The notes under the pieces are model-generated. The model ran no database searches. It saw only the letters and a list, made by a program, of their open reading frames with translations, and was not told the origin of the DNA. Shown here one piece after another: positions 58,604-64,000 of a stretch of 64,000 nt of DNA. Position 1 is the first letter of the stretch; every line of letters starts with the position of its first letter. Location: the NCBI GenBank assembly GCA_016699535.1, contig CP064980.1, positions 593,728 to 657,727 on the forward strand, in the 5' to 3' direction. Origin of the DNA: Myxococcales bacterium. GTDB taxonomy: Bacteria; Myxococcota_A; Polyangia; Polyangiales; GCA-016699535. A program made the translations under genes and the position numbers.

Positions 58604-60489
58604 CTACACTTGCTTTGCTTCTAGGTGCTCCCACCGTGCCAGCAAATTAGCGGCTTGTGCTTTAGCTTCCTCAAGCTCTTTGCTTTTTTGTGGGACCTGT
58701 TCTGCTCGTGTCGCGTAGAAATCAGGATCGGCTAGTTCTACTTCAAGTTCGGCCACTTTCTTTTCGGCTTGTTCTATTTTTTCAAACAGCGCATCAAGTT
58801 CGATGCGTTCAGCATAAGTAAGTGCTTTTTTGTTTTTGAAGTCATTTTCTACTTTTCTTTGAGGCGACTTGCCTGGTTTGTTAAGTCTTTCGCGCAAAGC
58901 GCGCTCTTCCTTATAGACCTGATAGTCGTTGTATCTTGATACTTGTTTGTCATCGTCAAACGCCAACAAGGAGGTACACACACGATCCAAGAAGTAACGA
59001 TCGTGGGTCACGATCAATGCAGTCACGTTATTATCGACAAGTAAGGTTTCAAGCGCACCTAAGGTTGTTGTATCAAGATCGTTGGTTGGCTCATCCAATA
59101 CCATCAGATTGATAGGCTGAAGCAATAGTTTTGCGAGTGCCAGCCGGGCCCGTTCTCCACCGGAAAGCATGCTCACACGCTTTTGAAGATCATCATGTTC
59201 AAACTGAAATCCTTTAGATACGAACGTACATCCGTGGCTTTGCCAAAGAACTGCACAACATCTTTTTCTCCTGAAATATTTTCGCGAAGGGTAAGGCTCT
59301 CGTCACAACTTTCTCTTGCCTGATCGAGGTATCCCACCTTCGTATTCGACCCTAGACTCACTTTGCCCGTTAAGGGTTTTTGTTCGCCTAAAATGGTTCG
59401 AAGCAAGGTGCTTTTGCCGCTGCCATTGGCTCCTACGATGCCCAAACGCTCGCCTTTCAACAACTCAAAGTTTAGACGCTCGGCAAGTATATTGCCGTCA
59501 TAACCCACCGAAACATTGCGTAGCTTTAAAATGCTATGACCTTGCCGAGCAGTGTCTGCTTCAAATACCAGTTTAGCCTTGGACGCGCTGCTTTCTTGCT
59601 CCAACACTTGCTGCGCTCGACTAATCCTTGCTTTTTGTTTGGTGGCTCGAGCTTTTGGACCACGCCGAAGCCACTCCAATTCGCGTCTGAGAAAATTATC
59701 GCGATTGGCTTGCTTTCGATCATCGTGAGCCTCGCGTTCGGCTCTTGCTTCAAGATAGGCTTCCCAACCACCTTGATAAACATAAAGTTTGGCTGCTTCA
59801 ATTTCAAAAGTGCGATCCACAACGCGACTGAGTACATAACGATCATGCGTGACCAACAACAGCGCGCCTGAAAAACTCTGAAGTAGATAATCCTCAAGCC
59901 ATTCAATGGCTTGCATATCCAAATGATTCGTAGGCTCGTCCAGAATCGCCAGGTCCGGTTCAGACAAAAGCAGTTGCGCAAGCGCCACTCGACGCTGCTC
60001 TCCGCCACTAAGATCACGAACAAGCGAGTCAGGCTGCATAATCCCTAGATGACTTTGCATTGTTTCGATTAAATGAGAGCGACCCCATCCGCCGCAATGC
60101 TCGACTCGAGCGGCGGCTTCATTTTGCATAGCAAGCAACTCGTCGATGGATCCCTGGCCCTGTTCGATCTGTTTACTCAATGTTTCATGCTTGCTAATCG
60201 CCTCAGCCCACTCACCCATCCCAGCGCGCAGACAATCACGCACAGTGTTATCAGGATCGAGCGGACTGTCCTGCGACAGATACGCTACTTTGGCCTCTTG
60301 CCGAAAAACTAACTTGCCTTCATCGGGCGGCTCAAGGCCCGCCAGGATCCGCGCAAGCGTGCTTTTACCGCTACCGTTGTTGCCAACAAGCCCAACGCGC
60401 TGCCCACGATGAATCGAAAAAGAAACATCGTTTAAAATATCTTGGCTTGCAAAGCTTTTATAAAGCTTTTTGGCATCAACAACCGGCAT
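58604..60489 (-). pseudogene. ABC-F family ATPase (Uup-like, C-terminal coiled coil), frame broken at 59211-59217
   Basis: ORF 59173..60489 has ABC1 (GNNGSGKST, LSGGEQRR, LDEPTNHLD), the linker and the ABC2 Walker A (GANGSGKST). ORF 58604..59176 has the ABC2 signature LSGGERARL, LDEPTNDLD and the coiled-coil tail. The two are joined by a -1 shift at CTA_AAG_G, giving YLKGFQFEHDDLQKRVSMLSGGE. Confidence 0.85.
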
Positions 60490-60669
60490 AAGTCAAAGCG
60501 TAGTGCCATGCCCTGCTCATTCTTACAACTCATCTCGCCTAAACCGATAATCCCAGTGATTATCACCTGCGCACACCTGCACAAACGCAACTTTGCCCAC
60601 CCCGACAATTTCTTTTTCGAAACCTTCTCGCTAGGTCACACCCTGGCCGCTTTTCTTCGTCGATTAAGT

Positions 60670-60809
60670 GGGGTCACTTTCCTTCCAATTTCATCCCTCG
60701 TTTTTAGGACTAATATGGCTCAATCTTGAAATTTCTCTAAAAAGAACTCCCAAGAGAGCGACGGAATTCGCCTTTTTTATGAGGCCTAAAATTGGTGGAA
60801 AGTGACCCC
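60670..60809. repeat. 140-bp unit bounded by an imperfect 21/22-bp inverted repeat
   Basis: GGGGTCACTTTCCTTCCAATTT (60670-60691) versus AAATTGGTGGAAAGTGACCCC (60789-60809). 13+7 matching positions with a small indel. Confidence 0.6.
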
Positions 60810-60967
60810 TAGACCATCAAAGCATTTCGAGCTTGGTTAACCGGGCGGTTAAGTTGGCTCTTTCAGAAGATCTTGAAGACCTAAGCGCTGTCGAGGAACG
60901 CTCCCACGAATCTTCTAGACCGTTTGAAAACTTCCTGAAAGAGCTACGACGCGATGGTGAGATATAA
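60806..60967 (+). pseudogene. RHH (RelB/ParD/CopG-type) antitoxin remnant, C-terminal part only
   Basis: The frame opens directly after a TGA at 60803. It encodes ...SISSLVNRAVKLALSEDLEDLSAVEERSHESSRPFENFLKELRRDGEI (RHH helix 2 plus the toxin-binding tail). The stop overlaps the toxin start (ATG 60954). No N-terminal beta-strand, helix 1 or ATG. Confidence 0.5.
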
Positions 60968-61190
60968 CCTACGCATCAAGTGCTCCGCTGAAAAAGAATT
61001 TAAAGGCATTCCCAAATCATACCGGAAAGCTATTGTTTCAAATATCTTGAAACTCGCTACCAATCCAAAGCCTCATGATAGTGAGAAGCTTTCAGGGCGC
61101 GAAGCATATCGCGTCGTTTACACTATCGATGACGCGGTAGTGATCGTTGAAGTCATCAAGGTTGCCCACCGTAAGGATGTCTATCGATGA
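60954..61190 (+). CDS. RelE/ParE family toxin (short, probably internally deleted)
   Basis: YNLRIKCSAEKEFKGIPKSYRKAIVSNILKLATNP...LSGREAYRVVYTIDDAVVIVEVIKVAHRKDVY follows the RelE/ParE pattern. It lacks the usual ~7 residues (iRvGdYR) between YR and VVY. Confidence 0.7.
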   Translation: MVRYNLRIKCSAEKEFKGIPKSYRKAIVSNILKLATNPKPHDSEKLSGREAYRVVYTIDDAVVIVEVIKVAHRKDVYR

Positions 61191-61313
61191 CTTGAAGCCA
61201 AAGTATTGGCCCGCGTTTGTGCGCAAGGCTTGGCTACTCGCGTAACCGCGAAAAAAGTGCCGGGTGGATGTGAAAAACAACGAATTCGCTGATTTTCGCA
61301 GATCTTAAATAAC

Positions 61314-61330
61314 CTTGGCACCTTTGCAGG
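61314..61330 (+). repeat. third copy (16/17) of the CTTGGCACCTTTGAAGG motif
   Basis: CTTGGCACCTTTGCAGG, intergenic, about 85 nt upstream of the next lipoprotein gene. Confidence 0.6.
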
Positions 61331-61415
61331 AAAAAACAATCGTCTTGCACCGGAAAAAGTAGATGCTAAAGACTCAACAACCGCCGTGAAAAGCTTTTGC
61401 CTCGGAGCAGTAAAA

Positions 61416-62186
61416 ATGAACCTATCTAATCTTAGCTGCGTCATGATTGCATGCATAGCCGGTTGTAGCGTTGCAAGCGAAGATACGCTCGAGTCAAACG
61501 TCAACGCCCAAGCTATCGACATAGTCGCAGAAGAATTTGTCCCACGTTTACTAATTCTAACCGGCAGCACCACTTGCCCTTTCTTTTCCAATCAATGCCG
61601 TTCATTGCAACAAGGTGCACTAACTAAACAACACGAAAAAACACTCTATTTATCGCTGTTCTATCAACGATGGTCCGATATTGAGGGAGCAAAGCAACCT
61701 GAGCCGGAGATCCGTTCAACCGATCTTGCTTCAGCTACAACAGTTAAAACATCCGACTACCCTTCAAGCATTGAATACAAACTCTATTTTGCTTGCGAGC
61801 AAGCAAGACAACTATTTCCGCCCACTGTTTCTGTCTTTTGTGATGATCCGGACAAGCCACGTACAACAGACTTTCACGCATTGCCCGGGTCGAACGATCA
61901 ACTCGAGGCAGCCCAACTGACGATTTCAATGACCGCTTCTGATGCAGACACCATGACGATCACAACAGTCCTTTCAACACAGCATCTTTACTACGAACCA
62001 GAAGATCGCATCACAGGAGCCTTTGAACTTCGCAGTACAACCACAGTTAAGTCACCCAAAGCTCGCGGTTCCGATGCCTTGGGACTTTACCTCAACAAAG
62101 CAGAACAGGGACTAAAATCTCTAAACCACTTGAACTGCGATTTTTACCAGTTGGACACGCCCACCCATTTCGTGTGCCTACTCTAA
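61416..62186 (+). CDS. hypothetical lipoprotein (256 aa)
   Basis: Lipobox IAGC. No family recognised. Start trimmed to MNLSNLS (the longest ORF starts at GTG 61386). Confidence 0.5.
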   Translation: MNLSNLSCVMIACIAGCSVASEDTLESNVNAQAIDIVAEEFVPRLLILTGSTTCPFFSNQCRSLQQGALTKQHEKTLYLSLFYQRWSDIEGAKQPEPEIRSTDLASATTVKTSDYPSSIEYKLYFACEQARQLFPPTVSVFCDDPDKPRTTDFHALPGSNDQLEAAQLTISMTASDADTMTITTVLSTQHLYYEPEDRITGAFELRSTTTVKSPKARGSDALGLYLNKAEQGLKSLNHLNCDFYQLDTPTHFVCLL

Positions 62187-62377
62187 AAATACTATATCAG
62201 CTGTAGCGGCGGCCTAACTGGGGACTACCGGGCAAAAGGCTTCAAGCAATGTCATAGTTCGACTGTCTTTGTTGAGAATGCACTAGTAATTACGTCATGG
62301 CATAAACTTTGCTCAACAGCTAAATCATGCGCTTAGCTTATCGAGCTTGTGAGGAAAGGTGGTTCACCAACATTGCA

Positions 62378-63829
62378 ATGCAATGCCTGTCTTTACTTCT
62401 CATACCCGTCCTTCTTAGCAGCATGCTAAGTGCTTGTTCTGCAACGGCAGCGAACGATATTGATGCCGACCAAGCAAGTAGTGTGTTTGCAAGTCTACCA
62501 AGCCCGCGCGAGCTGTGTTCACAAGCGGCACTCGACCTCGGCTCAGACACTCAACAAAGCTGCATTGACACAGTCTCTCCTTTGTTTGCAAACATAGCTC
62601 TTCCTGCCGTGCCGCCTGAAACTCTCTCGCTAGGACCCTTGGCTCTTTTGGTGGTATTGGCTGTCTTTGCAGTCTTTGTAGTGAGCTATTATCAAGACAA
62701 CGGTATCGGCTTTGAAGAAATTAACTATGCTGTTGCCGCTGCCATCCCACAATACGGTGTTCTTTATGGCAATCTTCAATTGCTAGCGATGCTTTTTGGC
62801 ATGGATCCTTGGACGATGATTCAAATCCAAGCTCGGGCCATACAGTTTACGGTTCAGAACGCAGGCCAGCAAATCGCCTATTTCATTAATGGTCAAATCG
62901 ATCGGGCCACCTCGGAAGCTGAAGAGTGGATCAACAATCAACCTGAATTTCCCTCCGGTTGGTGCGGCAGCAAGCTGTGCCGCGCAGGACTGATTGCGTT
63001 GGCGACGGCAGTGATGAGTACTATTTTTTCCGGCGCTGTTCAGCAAACAATCGAAGGCGACAGCATGGATCCACTGACGTCTTTGAACGCCGAACGCGAC
63101 TGGGGTGTGTTTCACAAAGGCGAAGGACAGATTGTAGGCTGGCTCCAAAACCGACCGCAAGCCTACCAAGACTATTTGCAAACGTATAGCGATCCAAACG
63201 ACAACTCGCCCTGCAAAGATCGCATGGCCATCGCGGCTGCCTATCTCGACAGTTTTTTCACGCTAGTCCCGGAACATTGGGCACAGGGGTTTGAGTTTCT
63301 AATTGTCTGCTCTACTGCAAACGATGATTTCGTCTATTTCTCTCCCTACGAAGTGTCGTTCAGGTTTCCCGAAATCTTCTTTCTACCAAACGATGACTCG
63401 GCACAAGTAAGCGAGTCCGAGTTGCGCATGCTGCTAGACAATGCTCCGGTGACCGTGCGTAGACGCGGGAAATTGTCGATCTGCAACGTGGGTGATGATG
63501 CTATCAATGTGAGTGCTTCGGCGAATCTCGTCCCTTCAGGGATGGATGCCTACGGCGGCTACGAGCTGCGTGCTGAGCCAACCTTGAAAGACATTGTGAC
63601 GAGCCTTGAGACATATGAAGCGAAGTTTATGGAAGCGCCATACTTTACACCCGAGATGCCGCTCGAGCCGGCCATTGGCAATATTACAGAAGTACGCGGT
63701 CAATTAAATCTAAGTACCGATTCTGGGAAAAGTGGAATCGTCAGCGTACACTTCCCTGGAAAAGCTGAGTTAATTGCCACCATCCAATCCTACATTGACC
63801 TGCTGGGTCCAGACTGGCTACCACCCTAA
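62378..63829 (+). CDS. hypothetical lipoprotein with an internal TM helix (483 aa)
   Basis: Lipobox LSAC. Hydrophobic helix LALLVVLAVFAVFVVSYY about 90 aa in. No family recognised. Start trimmed to MQCLSLLL. Confidence 0.5.
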   Translation: MQCLSLLLIPVLLSSMLSACSATAANDIDADQASSVFASLPSPRELCSQAALDLGSDTQQSCIDTVSPLFANIALPAVPPETLSLGPLALLVVLAVFAVFVVSYYQDNGIGFEEINYAVAAAIPQYGVLYGNLQLLAMLFGMDPWTMIQIQARAIQFTVQNAGQQIAYFINGQIDRATSEAEEWINNQPEFPSGWCGSKLCRAGLIALATAVMSTIFSGAVQQTIEGDSMDPLTSLNAERDWGVFHKGEGQIVGWLQNRPQAYQDYLQTYSDPNDNSPCKDRMAIAAAYLDSFFTLVPEHWAQGFEFLIVCSTANDDFVYFSPYEVSFRFPEIFFLPNDDSAQVSESELRMLLDNAPVTVRRRGKLSICNVGDDAINVSASANLVPSGMDAYGGYELRAEPTLKDIVTSLETYEAKFMEAPYFTPEMPLEPAIGNITEVRGQLNLSTDSGKSGIVSVHFPGKAELIATIQSYIDLLGPDWLPP

Positions 63830-64000
63830 GGGTTTACTCGCGGGTTTTGTAAGCCATGGTGTGTCGATTTTCGTGAGGCTAATCAACGCAAAGCTTAGGC
63901 CTTTATAGGGTTCGATGAGTTTACATAGTGCAGGGAACCGCGAAGATTCCGTTTATAATGTTTTTCGTTGGCTCGAGTAAAGATATTACGAGTTAAAGAG

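Noticed and set aside
60670-61190. Integron cassette or attC interpretation of the IR unit next to the toxin gene
   Set aside because: No GTTRRRY / RYYYAAC core sites at the IR ends, and no integrase or further cassettes nearby.
1-64000. Scan for CRISPR arrays, tRNA/rRNA/tmRNA genes, retron or DGR-type repeat pairs, and defence-system hallmarks (nucleases, helicases, reverse transcriptases)
   Set aside because: No regularly spaced direct repeats. No cloverleaf-like candidates in the intergenic gaps inspected by eye. No RT, Cas, restriction or helicase-nuclease genes. An eye-scan cannot exclude small ncRNAs.

Overview
64-kb chromosomal window, roughly 50% GC by eye, about 50 protein-coding genes. 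I found no rRNA, tRNA or CRISPR array. The gene content points to a Myxococcota-like (deltaproteobacterial) genome: a MYXO-CTERM-like sorting tail, PEGA and FG-GAP envelope proteins, eukaryotic-like Ser/Thr kinases, and two sigma-54 enhancer-binding proteins, one with an FHA domain. Housekeeping genes: ruvA, ruvB, aspS, dapF, rpe, rimO, tatB/tatC, a TolQ/TolR-type motor pair, an RND efflux pump with its adaptor, an ABC-F ATPase, a GST and an AGCS symporter. tatBC runs straight into a MoxR / DUF58 / transglutaminase / TPR operon. Accessory content is mostly secreted or lipoproteins of unknown function: tandem LamG-like paralogs, a YHYH / EF-hand / knottin-like trio, and a lipoprotein / di-heme peroxidase / 7x Ig-repeat surface protein row. 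Points worth a second look: (1) four conserved genes (Ser/Thr kinase, ornithine cyclodeaminase, RND pump, ABC-F) are each broken by a single-base indel in an A/T run, and two of these sit on an A_AAG -1 slippery context; (2) a 149-bp nested-palindrome MITE-like element abuts a long cysteine-rich open frame with no start codon; (3) a 140-bp IR-flanked element marks the 5' end of a truncated antitoxin, next to a RelE/ParE toxin with an apparent internal deletion; (4) an IS200/RayT-like HUH transposase is bracketed by copies of a TTGGCACCT-core motif that recurs 55 kb away; (5) an uncharacterised 526-aa helical protein is tightly linked to ruvAB. I do not recognise one clear-cut novel multi-gene system. 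The candidates above are ranked honestly, and every family call comes from motif-level reading of the supplied translations, not from database searches.
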